The notes beneath the pieces are model-generated. The model ran no database searches. It had not been told where the DNA came from and saw only the letters and a program-made list of their open reading frames with translations. 64,000 bases of DNA. Source: Candidatus Krumholzibacteriota bacterium. Its GTDB lineage: Bacteria; Krumholzibacteriota; Krumholzibacteriia; JAJRXK01. Where the stretch lies: NCBI GenBank assembly GCA_963764625.1, contig CAVXTH010000009.1, forward strand, positions 416,001 through 480,000, in the 5' to 3' direction. Shown here piece after piece: positions 1 through 10,502 of this stretch. The translations under genes were made by a program, and so were the position numbers. Each line of letters starts with the position of its first letter. Position 1 is the first letter of the stretch.

Positions 1-739
1 GAGTGCCACCGGGGCATTCTATCTGTTGCAGGGACGTGAAGTGGAGGACGCCCGACGCTTTCTGCGCTTGGGAGTACCGGTGGGATTGATCGCCGCCCTC
101 GCCCTCGCATTTCCCACCGGAGATTTTCAGGCGCGCATGGTGGCCAAGCATCAGCCGACCGCGCTTGCCGCCATGGAGGGTCTGTTCGAGAGCGAAGAGG
201 GTGCGCCTCTGGTGCTGATCGGGCAGCCCGACGTAGAGCGCAGGAGTCTGGACAATCCGCTGAAGCTGCCGTGGGCGCTCAGCTTCCTCACCACGAGCCG
301 GCTGCGGGCCGAAGTTCCCGGTCTGAGTTCGTTTCCCGTTGAGGATTGGCCCGACAACATCCCTCTGCTCTACTACGCCTATCACATCATGGTCGGGTTG
401 GGCACGCTCTTCATCCTGCTCCTGGGAGCGAGCGCCTTTTGGCTGTGGCGGGGGAAGCTCTTCCACAACCGCTTCTTCTTGTGGGCGCTCATGATCCTCT
501 TTCCCTTTCCCTACATCACCAACACCGCTGGATGGCTCACCGCCGAACTCGGCCGGCAGCCCTGGCTCGTGTATGGACTTCTGCGCACCCAGGACGGATA
601 TAGCGACACCGTCTCGGCCGGAAACGGCATCTTCACCCTCTTGGGCTTCATGGGAATGTACACGCTCCTTTCGCTACTCTTCATTCTCTTGATGTGGCGT
701 GAGATCCAGCGTGGTCCTTCCTGCGAGCTCTCGCACTGA
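1..739 (+). CDS. cydA: Cytochrome bd ubiquinol oxidase subunit I (5'-truncated by window edge)
   Basis: Motifs QPTALAAMEG, YHIMVGLG and GWLTAELGRQPWLVYGLLRT; the stop overlaps the next ATG (TGATG). Confidence 0.95.
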   Translation, partial: SATGAFYLLQGREVEDARRFLRLGVPVGLIAALALAFPTGDFQARMVAKHQPTALAAMEGLFESEEGAPLVLIGQPDVERRSLDNPLKLPWALSFLTTSRLRAEVPGLSSFPVEDWPDNIPLLYYAYHIMVGLGTLFILLLGASAFWLWRGKLFHNRFFLWALMILFPFPYITNTAGWLTAELGRQPWLVYGLLRTQDGYSDTVSAGNGIFTLLGFMGMYTLLSLLFILLMWREIQRGPSCELSH

Positions 740-1788
740 TGGAGGGGATTCATTTGCAGACGATCTGGTTCTGTTTCGTGGCGTTCATGCTCGTGATGTA
801 CGTGCTTCTCGACGGCTTCGACTTGGGAGTGGGAATTCTGCACCGTTACGTGGCTCGCAGCGATGACGAACGCCGTCTCGCGTTGGCTTCGATCGGACCG
901 GTGTGGGACGGGAACGAAGTGTGGTTGTTGGCTGCGGGGGGAACTCTTTATTTCGCATTCCCTCTGCTTTATGCCAGCGCGTTCAGCGGGTTCTACCTGC
1001 CTCTGAACATGGTGCTGTGGCTCTTGATGGGGCGCGGAGTTTCCATCGAACTGCGCTCGCATCTTCAGGCGCCGATTTGGCGTTCGCTCTGGGACTCGAT
1101 CTTCGTTCTGAGCTCATTGCTGCTGGCGCTCTTCTTCGGAGTGGCGTTGGGCAACGTCGTGCGTGGCGTTCCGCTGGACGCTTCGGGGAGATTCTTTGCC
1201 CCCATGTGGTTGGGGGGCCGGCACACGGTGGGAGTGCTCGATGGGTATACCGTCCTGGTGGGTCTGGCCGCGGTGAGCGCACTCGCTCTGCAGGGGGCGA
1301 GCTGGCTGCATCTGAAAACCGCTGGCGCCATGCAGCAGAGGGCTTTGCGAGCGATCGGAATTCTCGCGTGGACGCAACTGGTTCTCACCCTCCTCGTAAC
1401 GGCTTACACCTTCAGGATCCAGCCGGTGATCCTGCGCCACCTCACGGCGCACCCTTGGCGCCTGGTGTTTCCGCTCCTGGCTCTGGGAAGTCTCGTGGCG
1501 CTCTTCCTCTACCCCCGCCGCGGCCGCGAGAGGGCGACGTTCTACGCCTCCTGCGCCTATCTGACCGGCATGATGGGAGCGGTGGTGGCGGGGGTCTATC
1601 CGGTGGTTCTTCCGGCGCTGGGGGGAGAAGAGCTGAGTCTCACCATTCGCAACGCGGCGGCTCCGCTGTCGGGTCTGCGCTTGGGCCTCTACTGGTGGAT
1701 TCCGGGGGTCCTCATCGCCGTGGCCTACTCGAGCTGGATGTATCGTAAGTACGCCGGCAAGGTACTCTTGGACGATTCCAAATACTGA
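739..1788 (+). CDS. cydB: Cytochrome bd ubiquinol oxidase subunit II
   Basis: Motifs YVLLDGFDLGVG and IGPVWDGNEVWL; multiple TM helices; coupled to cydA. Confidence 0.95.
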   Translation: MEGIHLQTIWFCFVAFMLVMYVLLDGFDLGVGILHRYVARSDDERRLALASIGPVWDGNEVWLLAAGGTLYFAFPLLYASAFSGFYLPLNMVLWLLMGRGVSIELRSHLQAPIWRSLWDSIFVLSSLLLALFFGVALGNVVRGVPLDASGRFFAPMWLGGRHTVGVLDGYTVLVGLAAVSALALQGASWLHLKTAGAMQQRALRAIGILAWTQLVLTLLVTAYTFRIQPVILRHLTAHPWRLVFPLLALGSLVALFLYPRRGRERATFYASCAYLTGMMGAVVAGVYPVVLPALGGEELSLTIRNAAAPLSGLRLGLYWWIPGVLIAVAYSSWMYRKYAGKVLLDDSKY

Positions 1789-1846
1789 GGTCCGGATCGC
1801 TCTCACCACACCGCTCACAGTGCGGCGAGAATTCTCTTTCAGCGCC

Positions 1847-3385
1847 TCAGGAGCCGGCCAGAGGACCGACTCTCTCCTGCACCGCGGAGAGGATCTCTCC
1901 ACTCTTGACCAATGCGGACATCGCGTTGTGATCATTGAAGAGGGGTCGATCCTCCTCCAGATGATCGACGTGTTTCCGAATCGCATCGCGCGCGGCCTGG
2001 CACCCCACGCCCGGCGTCCACTCGCGAAAGTCGAGCGCCTGCGCGGCCGCGAGGAACTCGATGCCGAGCACCCCGTAGGCGTTATCCATGATCTGCCGGG
2101 TTTTCAGCGCGGTGTTCATTCCCATGCTCACGAAGTCCTCTTGATCGGCTGCGGCCGGGATGCTCTGGGTGCAGGCCGGGGTGGCCAAGATCCGCTGTTC
2201 CACGATGAGCGCGTCGGCGGTGTATTGGCTGAGCATCAGACCGCTGTACATCCCCGCGCCCTTGGTCAAGAAGGCGGGAAGTCCGTCCGACAACTTGGGA
2301 TTGAGCAAGCGGTTGAGCCGGCGTTCGCTGAGCACGCAAATCATGGTGATGGCCGCGCCGAGACCTTCCATGGGCAGAGAGACGGGGGTTCCCTGGAAAT
2401 TGGCGCCGGTGAGCACCGTATTCTCCTCAGGGAGAAAGATGGGATTGTCTCCCACCCCGTTCAGCTCGATTTCGATCTGCTCCTTGGTCCAGCGGAGCTG
2501 ATCGCGAGCGGCGCCGATGACTTGAGGGGTGCTGCGCATGCTGTAGGCGTCCTGAACTTTCACCTTCAACTTCGTGCCATCGGCGAGATCACCTCCGGCC
2601 AACACTCTCTGCAGGTTCCCGGCCGAGACGACGGCGCCCTTGAAGCCACGTAATTCGTGCAGGCGGCGGTCGTAGGGCCTCAGGTTCGCCCCTAGGGCGT
2701 CGAGGCTCATCGCCGCCGCGATCTCGGCCTGTTTCAACCACTCTTCGGTCTCGTGCGCCACCAGAGCGGAGATCGCGGTGAGGAGATTGGATCCGTTGAT
2801 CGCGGCCAGACCGTCGCGAGCTTGCAGACCCGGCACTTCGATTGCGGCTTGGGCCAGAGCCTGGCGGGTCGGCATGCGCTGGCCCCGGTAGTATGACTCG
2901 CCTTCGCCCATCAGAGAGAGCGCGATCTGGCTCATCGGAGCAAGGTCGCCGCACGCGCCGACGCTGCCCTTTTCGCAGACGACCGGCGTTACGCCCCGGT
3001 TGAGCATGTCCAGGTAGGTTTGAGTGATGACGGGGCGGCAGCCGGAGTTTCCGTGCGCGTGGACGTTGACCCGAGCCAGCATGGCCGCTCGAACGTGGTC
3101 CACCGGGGCGGGGTCGCCGATCCCCGCCGAGTGGTTGTAGATGAGATACCGCTGGAACATCTGCACCTGTGCGGGCTCGAGCGCGACGCTCGCGAGCTCT
3201 CCGATGCCGGTGTTCACCCCGTACATGACCTCGCCCTCTTCCATCTTCCGCTCGAGCAGCTCGCGGCAATCCCGAATGCGCTCGATAGCATCGGGAGAGA
3301 GTGCGATCGTCTCTCCATGTCGAGCCACGCGGACCACTTGTTCGATGCTCAGATCCTTGCCGGTGAGTACGAGGGTCATGATCAC
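1847..3385 (-). CDS. hutH: Histidine ammonia-lyase-like aromatic amino acid lyase (MIO tripeptide is Ala-Cys-Gly)
   Basis: Motifs YGVNTG, GSVGACGDLAP, RDGLAAING, VQDAYSMR, DNP and QEDFVSMG. Substrate not certain. Confidence 0.8.
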   Translation of the reverse strand: MIMTLVLTGKDLSIEQVVRVARHGETIALSPDAIERIRDCRELLERKMEEGEVMYGVNTGIGELASVALEPAQVQMFQRYLIYNHSAGIGDPAPVDHVRAAMLARVNVHAHGNSGCRPVITQTYLDMLNRGVTPVVCEKGSVGACGDLAPMSQIALSLMGEGESYYRGQRMPTRQALAQAAIEVPGLQARDGLAAINGSNLLTAISALVAHETEEWLKQAEIAAAMSLDALGANLRPYDRRLHELRGFKGAVVSAGNLQRVLAGGDLADGTKLKVKVQDAYSMRSTPQVIGAARDQLRWTKEQIEIELNGVGDNPIFLPEENTVLTGANFQGTPVSLPMEGLGAAITMICVLSERRLNRLLNPKLSDGLPAFLTKGAGMYSGLMLSQYTADALIVEQRILATPACTQSIPAAADQEDFVSMGMNTALKTRQIMDNAYGVLGIEFLAAAQALDFREWTPGVGCQAARDAIRKHVDHLEEDRPLFNDHNAMSALVKSGEILSAVQERVGPLAGS

Positions 3386-3576
3386 TCCCGAAGACTCGTC
3401 GATGGGTTTGCGTGGGGTTCTGGCGACGTCGCCCCGTCCGGCTCAAGCCTACTCAGTCGGAGCGGCGCTCACAAGGGTAACTCAGAACTCCCCGGACGGT
3501 GCGTCGTGGCGCCCCAGGTGCTAGAATGGACAGAGCAAACTGTCGATCACGCCCACCTTTCCCGAAGGGAATGGAT

Positions 3577-4326
3577 ATGCACACGCTGGTGCTACTCCGT
3601 CACGGTCAGAGCACTTGGAATCTGGAGAACCGCTTCACCGGTTGGACCGATGTCGATCTCACCGAGAAGGGGATCGCCGAGGCCATTCAATCCGGACGGC
3701 TTTTGCAGCAAGAGGCTTACGATTTCGATTTGATCTATACCTCGGTTCTCACCCGCGCGATCAAAACGATGTGGCTGGTCATGGAGCAAATGGACCGCAT
3801 GTGGCTGCCGGTCATCCGGCACTGGAGACTGAACGAACGTCACTATGGGGCTTTGCAGGGTCTGAACAAAGCGGAAACGGCGGAGAAACACGGCGAAGAG
3901 CAGGTCATGCTGTGGCGACGCAGCTATGCCACTCCACCGCCGGCGCTGGAAAAGAGCGACAAGCGATGGCCCGGGCACGATCGCCGTTACGCGTCGCTTT
4001 CCCCCGAGGAGATCCCGTGCACCGAGAGCCTGGAACTCACGGTGAAGCGCTTTCTTCCGCTTTGGCACCAGGAAATCGCGCCGCAGGTCAAGAGGGGAAA
4101 GCGGTTGCTTCTCGTCGCTCACGGAAACAGTCTGCGCGCCCTGGTGAAATTCCTCGATCTCATCTCTGAGGAGGAAATCGTGTCCCTCAACATCCCCACC
4201 GGGGTTCCTCTGGTCTACGAACTCGACGAAGAGTTGAAGCCGCGAGCACACTATTATCTGGGAGACCCGGACGAAATCGCGGCTGCGGCCCAGGCGGTGG
4301 CGGATCAGGCGAAGAAGAAGAGCTGA
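3577..4326 (+). CDS. gpmA: 2,3-bisphosphoglycerate-dependent phosphoglycerate mutase
   Basis: Motifs [31 protein letters not shown] and AHGNSLR. Confidence 0.96.
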   Translation: MHTLVLLRHGQSTWNLENRFTGWTDVDLTEKGIAEAIQSGRLLQQEAYDFDLIYTSVLTRAIKTMWLVMEQMDRMWLPVIRHWRLNERHYGALQGLNKAETAEKHGEEQVMLWRRSYATPPPALEKSDKRWPGHDRRYASLSPEEIPCTESLELTVKRFLPLWHQEIAPQVKRGKRLLLVAHGNSLRALVKFLDLISEEEIVSLNIPTGVPLVYELDEELKPRAHYYLGDPDEIAAAAQAVADQAKKKS

Positions 4327-4336
4327 AGGAGAGCGC

Positions 4337-6562
4337 TCAGGTCTCGAGCCACACTTCCACCGACTTGAACGCGGGAGTGCGCGAGCGGGAGTCGAGGGTT
4401 CGCGGAACCAGAACGTTAGCTTCCGGATAGTACATGGCCATGTTCCCGGGGGGCAGATCGGCTTCCCATGCGACCGCCTCCATCGTGCCCGTGCGGGAGA
4501 GGACGCGGATCCGCTGGCCTCGGCGTAGATCGAGACGTCGAAGATCGCTCTCCGCCATCAGAGCGGCGTTGCGGGGCGCGGCCCGGCGGTAGAGGTCGGT
4601 TTCCTCGTAGACCACTGAATTGAACTGCCCTTCGCTGCGCAAGGTCATGAGGCGGAAATGACCCGGGGCACAATGCCATTCGGGCAGAGCAATCGCGTGG
4701 AAATGAGCTTTCTCGTCGGGAGTGGCGAAGGTGGGTCGGTGGAAAGTGCGTCCCGCGATCTGGAACTCCTTTCCATCCACGCCCAGTCTGCCGATCGCTC
4801 GATACCCGGGGACCGCTTTCGCGATGCTCTCGCGCAGTGACTGATGGTTTCGCAGCTCGCCCCAATCGAATCGGCCCTCCGGAAGAATCCGCTGGGCGAG
4901 AGAGGCCAGGATCTGGACTTCCCCGCGGGCTCCTCGACCGTTCTCCAACGAGTGCTTTCTCTCATTGCTTCTTCCGAGCCCGTCCGCGCTCGAGCGTTCT
5001 CCGCCCATGCTCAGGCGCACGAAATTGAACATGCTCTCCTGACTGGTCGCCTGACGCTCCTCGTCACGCGCCAATGCTGGAAGAACCAGGGTTTCCCGTC
5101 CGCGTCCGGACACGTGCCCGGTGTTCAACTTGGTGGAGACCTCCACTAGCAGGGGAATCTTGTTCAGCGCCTCCGCGGCCCAGCTCGAGTCCGGATTGGC
5201 GCCGAAGAGGTTGCCTCCCAAGAGAAGGGCCGCGTCGATCTCTCCCCGGTGGGCCGCCTCCATGCACGCGTAGGTGTCCAGCCCGGCCGGCATCGAGGCG
5301 GGAACCTGGTAGAGCTCTTCGAGTTTTTCAGCGAAGGCTTTCTTCAGCGCGGGGGTTACACCGACCGAGCCCACTCCCTGGACGTTGGAATGGCCGCGAA
5401 TGGGCAGGAGCCCACAACCGGGACGGCCCAACCAACCACGCGCCAGAGCCAAATTGGCCACGGCCAAAATGTTGTCGACGCCGAAGGCATGGTGTGTGAG
5501 TCCCATTGCCCACAGAAGAATTCCCCTCCTGGCCTCGCAGAGCATTTCCACCGCGCGCTCGATCAAGTAGGGGTCGACGCCGCACGCCTGGTAAAGATCA
5601 CCCCATGAAGTCGCCTCCAGATCTTCACGCATCTCGTCGAAGCCATGCGTGTAGTGTTCGACGTAGGTCCTGTCGAGCCCGCCGCGTTCGAGCACTCCCT
5701 TGAGGAGAGCCTTGAGCAGGGCGATGTCGCTCCCCACGTGTGGTTGCAGGTAGAGACTCGCGATCTGCGATCCGAAGAAGAGACTGCGTAAGTCACTGGG
5801 TACTCTAAACCGGGTCAGCCCGAGCTCTTTCAGCGGGTTGATGACGATGACCTGGCCACCCCGCCGTCGCAATTGCATGAGCTGCGTGATTAGACGGGGA
5901 TGATTCGAAGCCGGGTTGGCGCCGATGACGACGGCGAGGTCACAGCGCTCGAGATCGCCGAGCACCACGCTAGCGGTTCCCGACCCGTAGACCTTGCTCA
6001 GCGCCACTCCGCTGGCCTGATGACAGTAGTACGAGCAGTTGTTGACGTTGTTCGTACCGTAGGAGCGCGCCAACAGTTGCAGCAAGAAAGCGGCTTCGTT
6101 GGAGGATCGTCCACTGGCATAGAAGAACGTCCTGTGCGGTTGGCTCCTCTGGAACGCACGCGCCGCCGTCTGCAAGGCGTCTTCCCAGGAGATGCGTTGG
6201 TAGTGGGAGTCAGCCGCGCCCGCCACGATGGGGAAGGAGAGACGGCCCATCCCTTCCAGCTGCGCGGAACTCATCGAGGCCATGGCGCGCAGCGAGGTCT
6301 GTTTGAAGAAGCTCTCGGGAATGGCGTCCGCCAAATCGCCCGCCACCGCCTGGACCGACTTCTTGCATACGGAGGGGAAATGGCCCGACTCGTCGACCAT
6401 CCCTCCCGACAGTCCACCCATTCCCAGGGCGCAGGTCTTACATGTGTTCTTTCCGCGGAGGCGTTTCCAGAGAGGGATCAGCCCCCCGGCCTTCTTCGCT
6501 TGGGCGAAGACGTAAGCAATGGCAGGGAAGCCGCCGGCCGCGTCCGGAGTTCGCTGAAACAT
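4337..6562 (-). CDS. FdhF/YdeP-family molybdopterin oxidoreductase
   Basis: CKTCALGMGG, SGRSSNEAAF, NNCSYYCHQASG, RGHSNVQG and a C-terminal TLRSEGQFNS molybdopterin-binding segment. Confidence 0.88.
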   Translation of the reverse strand: MFQRTPDAAGGFPAIAYVFAQAKKAGGLIPLWKRLRGKNTCKTCALGMGGLSGGMVDESGHFPSVCKKSVQAVAGDLADAIPESFFKQTSLRAMASMSSAQLEGMGRLSFPIVAGAADSHYQRISWEDALQTAARAFQRSQPHRTFFYASGRSSNEAAFLLQLLARSYGTNNVNNCSYYCHQASGVALSKVYGSGTASVVLGDLERCDLAVVIGANPASNHPRLITQLMQLRRRGGQVIVINPLKELGLTRFRVPSDLRSLFFGSQIASLYLQPHVGSDIALLKALLKGVLERGGLDRTYVEHYTHGFDEMREDLEATSWGDLYQACGVDPYLIERAVEMLCEARRGILLWAMGLTHHAFGVDNILAVANLALARGWLGRPGCGLLPIRGHSNVQGVGSVGVTPALKKAFAEKLEELYQVPASMPAGLDTYACMEAAHRGEIDAALLLGGNLFGANPDSSWAAEALNKIPLLVEVSTKLNTGHVSGRGRETLVLPALARDEERQATSQESMFNFVRLSMGGERSSADGLGRSNERKHSLENGRGARGEVQILASLAQRILPEGRFDWGELRNHQSLRESIAKAVPGYRAIGRLGVDGKEFQIAGRTFHRPTFATPDEKAHFHAIALPEWHCAPGHFRLMTLRSEGQFNSVVYEETDLYRRAAPRNAALMAESDLRRLDLRRGQRIRVLSRTGTMEAVAWEADLPPGNMAMYYPEANVLVPRTLDSRSRTPAFKSVEVWLET

Positions 6563-6622
6563 GGATGGAGGACTACCTCCGATTCCTCGAGCTTGGGGGG
6601 TTCTCTCCCGCGCGCGGTGGGG

Positions 6623-7072
6623 TCAAGAATCCACTCCCAGATCCTCGTCGGTCGGCCCCGCCGTGCGGCGATACCGGTTCTTCATGAACTCCACCGCCGG
6701 CGCCATCAGGTGGCGCCAGGCCTTCTCCGTCTCTTCGTCGAAGAATTTGTCGTACTCCTGCGCGGCTTCGATGAGGCACTCGATCCAGATGCTGTAGAAC
6801 TCCGGTCGAATGTCGAGGGCATTGCGGCTGTGGAGCTGCGCGATACGTTCGAAGTGAACGTCCCCTTCGGGGGTCTCGTCCTCCAGGAGCATCGTCATGT
6901 ACAGAGACGACGTGAGCTTACGCTTTTGGATCTTGAAGTCCGTATCCCTGAACTTCGACGCGATCTCAGGCGAGCGTAGGCAGAGCAGCTCGTAGAAGCG
7001 TTCGACGAATCCATCTCCTCCCAGGCAGCGCTCGAGGCTACCGTGGAAGATTTCCATTTCGTGTTCGGTCAT
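6623..7072 (-). CDS. Single-domain globin
   Basis: FVERFY (B10 Tyr), F..TDF.IQ (CD1 Phe, E7 Gln) and IAQLH (proximal His). Confidence 0.8.
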   Translation of the reverse strand: MTEHEMEIFHGSLERCLGGDGFVERFYELLCLRSPEIASKFRDTDFKIQKRKLTSSLYMTMLLEDETPEGDVHFERIAQLHSRNALDIRPEFYSIWIECLIEAAQEYDKFFDEETEKAWRHLMAPAVEFMKNRYRRTAGPTDEDLGVDS

Positions 7073-7160
7073 GAGGCTGGCCTCATCGGAGATCGTGGGG
7101 GGATTTTAGTTCCGGCAATGATGCCACTTCTCTCTGGCTTAGGTCCAGGTTAAGCTCGCA

Positions 7161-9063
7161 TCAAGAGTCGAGCAGCAAGACGCCGAGAGCAACCGGCAGG
7201 TAAATCAGGGTAACGAAAAAGAAGCGTCTGGCCCAGTTTTCGCGGCGCAAAGGCGAGAACCCTCGCAGCGCGGACCCGACGATCAAGCCTCCCAAGAGCA
7301 CCGCGACCGCGAGATAGACGATTCCGCCTTTGCCCTCTCCACTCAAGCCCATTTTGAGCGCGAGAAGTCGGCTCAGCACCAGGCTGCTCAGAGCCAGGCC
7401 GACGCTGGTCGCGAAAATGTGCCGCAAGCTCACCTGTTCTCCGTAGACCAAGGGGAAGATCTTGAAGCCAGCGGCCGCGTATTCCTCTTTTCGGTACAGT
7501 GAGATGGCAATGAAGTGAGGAATCTGCCACACGAAAAGGAGAGCGAAGAGGGCCATCGCGCCTCCGTCGAACCTTCCGGTGACCGCGGTCCATCCCATGG
7601 CGATGGGAAGGGCGCCGGGGATGGCTCCAAGGTAGACCGCACTCACGCTGCGCGCCTTCATCGGCGTGTACAAGGCGAGGTAGACGAAGAGCGACAGAGC
7701 GGCGAGACCACAGGTCAGCAGATTCGAGACCAGGGCTAGCCCGACCAAGCCGCTCAACGCGAGAACCCAACCCTGGATGAGCGCCACGCGAGGGTGGAGC
7801 CTTCCTGACGGCAGCGGTCGATCCCGGGTTCGGGTCATCTTGGCGTCGGGCTCCTGCTCCTGGTACATGTTCAAGCGTCGTCCCCGCCCCGACCACCAGA
7901 GTCACGAAGAAGATGGTCAGCGCCGCCTGGCCGAGGGGCAGTCCACCCGGAGCCAGCTTCATTCCCGCCGCGGTGGTGAAGATAACCATGAACGCGAGCC
8001 GGGGTTTGGTGAGGACGAACGCATCGAGCAGGCTCTGTCCGAACAGACCTCTTGAGGTCTCGCCCAGAAGCCGGGGGGATCGAAAGGTCGCGTCGAAACC
8101 GTCCAGCTCGGGCACCATGCTCGCTCCCAAATGAAGCCGGTTGGCGAGCAGAGTGCCGAATAGCGCGGTGGCCACCGCGAGATGGAGAGCCACCCAGGTC
8201 GGCTCGAGATGGTGCGCCAAGCTCACCACGCCCAACAGCAGTTGTATCATCACCAGCGTGATGGCCAGGACCGAGAGGACGAGACCAGCGCCGTCGCGCG
8301 CAATCCGAGCTTGAGTTTCCGCGCCGTGTCTCGCGCGGTTCCGCGCGAAACCAAGCGATTTGAGAGCGCTGGTCATGACTACGGCGGCGGTGACCAAGGC
8401 GGAGAGACGATGGATCATGTTCCAGCGGCCAGGGGCGTCGGCGGGCCAGAAGACGTGCGCGGAGGTCGTCGGGTCCACTCCCAGGACCGCGGCGCGCGGG
8501 CCGAGTCCGAGCGCGGCGCCGGCTCCGGTGTGGTGGAGAAATGCCCCCAGGAGCATTTCCACGAAGACGGCGGAGATCGCCAGATCGGCCCACGAATGCA
8601 CGGATGTGGTGCGTGGATCGATGCTTTCGCCCGGCGCGATCCAAGCGGGCCGCGTGCGGAAGCTCATGGAGAGACAGAGGGCGAAGAGCCCCAGTCCCAG
8701 CGCCAGGTGCGCCACGGAGATCATGGTGGGTAGCATCAGGATCACCGCCACCGCGCCGACTCCGGCCTGCAGTAGGACCAGAATCACGGCGGAACGGCTC
8801 AGCTCGCGCAGGCCCCGGTCCACCGGCCTATGGCGCGCGATCGCAATGGTAATTCCCAGGGTATAGAGGGCGAGAATCGCGGCCAAGACGCGGTGAGTCT
8901 GCGCGAGGACGGTTCCCGGCCGGCTCGTGAGGAGCTCCCCGTAACAGAGGGGCCAATCGGGGCAACTCATGGCCGCCCCCAGGATGTGCAGGAGGCCCCC
9001 CACCATGATGAGCGCGAACACCAGCCCCGCAAGCAGAAGGCTTGCACGGTGGATTCGTGTCAT
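7161..9063 (-). CDS. Heme A synthase (CtaA/COX15) fused to heme O synthase (CtaB/CyoE), with one frameshift at ~7874
   Basis: The N-terminal part has CPDWPLC and four His-bearing helices, then LTKPRL (CyoE start). The frame shifts at ACG-CTTG-AAC and continues N..E...D..M.RT..RPLPSGR, YTPMK and WQIPHF...YAAAG. Confidence 0.85.
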
Positions 9064-9073
9064 GTCCGCATTC

Positions 9074-9505
9074 TCAACCACCATGAGAGGGATACCAATG
9101 ATAGAGCATGAAGTAGATGAGCACTCCGGTGACCGAGACATAGAGCCAGATGGGGAAGGTAAAGTGCGCCCACTTCCGATGCCGCTGCCGTCGATCCTTC
9201 AACCCGTGCCTGAGGGTGATGACGATCAAGGGGAGCACCGTGACCGCGAGAATGGTGTGGCTGATGAGGATCGAGAAGTAGAGGATCGCGGGACCCCCGC
9301 TGTAGGCAAATCGCGTAGTGCCGTGAACCGAATGGTAACTCAGGTAGCCGATCAAAAAGAGAAGAGAGGAGGCCAGAGCGCTCAGTATGAGGCGCCGGTG
9401 TAAGTCCTCCTTTCCTCTGCGGATAGCCGCATAGGCGCAGAGGAGCAGAACGGCCGCGCTTCCATTGAAGAAGGCATTGAAAGCTGGAAGCTGATCCAAG
9501 CTCAT
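9074..9505 (-). CDS. DUF420 family membrane protein (oxidase assembly, CtaM/YozB-like)
   Basis: LPAFNAFFN, LFLIGYLSYH, ILISHTILA and HRKWAHFTFPIWLYVSVTG. Confidence 0.88.
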   Translation of the reverse strand: MSLDQLPAFNAFFNGSAAVLLLCAYAAIRRGKEDLHRRLILSALASSLLFLIGYLSYHSVHGTTRFAYSGGPAILYFSILISHTILAVTVLPLIVITLRHGLKDRRQRHRKWAHFTFPIWLYVSVTGVLIYFMLYHWYPSHGG

Positions 9506-9702
9506 CGTGAGTTTCCCCCAAGAGAACTCGCGCCATGATAACGCCGGGCGGCTTCGACGGCATCCCGAGTCTAGCCAAAATAACCGAATCATTTAAGCTT
9601 GGGATCTAGCTTTCCGGCACCGAGAGGCGAAGAAGGGGAATCGATGGATGGATTCTCGCCACGCCTCGTTCGCGCCGTTCTCTGTCGAATGAGGTTTCTG
9701 TC

Positions 9703-10362
9703 TTGGAACCAGAACTTCCACCGGAGTCCCCTTCAACCGCACCCTCCACTCTCAAGACTCTGCGCTTCGTACTGACCGTGCTGGTGATCACCGCCGGGCT
9801 TAGCGCGCTGGCTGCGTGGTTCTTTCTGCACTCGTCTCAATCCGGTCCCGAGGTAGTCACCGCCGCGCCTTCCTTCGAGCTGGTGGACGAAACAGGCGCC
9901 AAGTTCTCGGATCAGGATCTGCGCGGGCAGGCCTATGTCGTGCAATTCTTCTTCACTTCCTGCACCACGGTCTGTCCCCGCATCACCGATTGGATGACGC
10001 AAATTCAAGACAGGACCAAGTCTCTGGGCGATCGCATTCGTCTGGTGTCGATTTCTGTCGACCCTCGCCACGACACGCCGGAAAAGCTGAGAACCTACGC
10101 GAAGGGTTATGGCGCCATCCCCGGACACTGGAAGTTTCTCACCGGCGATCTGGACGCGGTAGAGCATGTGGTGGTGGACGGTTTTTTCCAGGTGATGGAA
10201 CGAGAACCCAACCAGAAGACAGGACTGTTTACCATCGCTCACAGCGAGCGGCTCATCCTGGTGGACCAGAAGAACCGGGTCCGTGGTTACTACGAAACGA
10301 ACGAAGAGGGTATCGACAAGCTCATTCGCGACCTGGATGCGGTGGTCAAAGAGCAATCATGA
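9703..10362 (+). CDS. SCO1/SenC family copper chaperone
   Basis: N-terminal TM; FFFTSCTTVCP (CxxxC), SISVDPRHDTPE and a conserved His in IAHS. Confidence 0.92.
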   Translation: MEPELPPESPSTAPSTLKTLRFVLTVLVITAGLSALAAWFFLHSSQSGPEVVTAAPSFELVDETGAKFSDQDLRGQAYVVQFFFTSCTTVCPRITDWMTQIQDRTKSLGDRIRLVSISVDPRHDTPEKLRTYAKGYGAIPGHWKFLTGDLDAVEHVVVDGFFQVMEREPNQKTGLFTIAHSERLILVDQKNRVRGYYETNEEGIDKLIRDLDAVVKEQS

Positions 10363-10502
10363 GCCTTTTCCTGCTGGCGGCGTCCGGCCGCTCTGAATTT
10401 CGTGTTCCGGTGAGGGGGGAGATTCGTACTTGCTCTCCGCCCCGGCGATTCCCCATCTTGTCGGCGATCTGAAGGCATCTCAAACTCCATCGGAGGGATC
10501 TC

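Noticed and set aside
1847-3385. Lyase as ergothionase linked to egtB
   Set aside because: It is ~12 kb from egtB and retains an MIO-type loop, whereas characterised ergothionases are MIO-independent; there is no direct support.
4337-6562. Selenocysteine-containing formate dehydrogenase
   Set aside because: No in-frame TGA and no fdh accessory subunits; motifs fit the YdeP-like subfamily.
7870-7880. Programmed ribosomal frameshift in ctaAB
   Set aside because: No slippery heptamer; the same CTTG insertion pattern occurs in unrelated genes, which favours assembly error.
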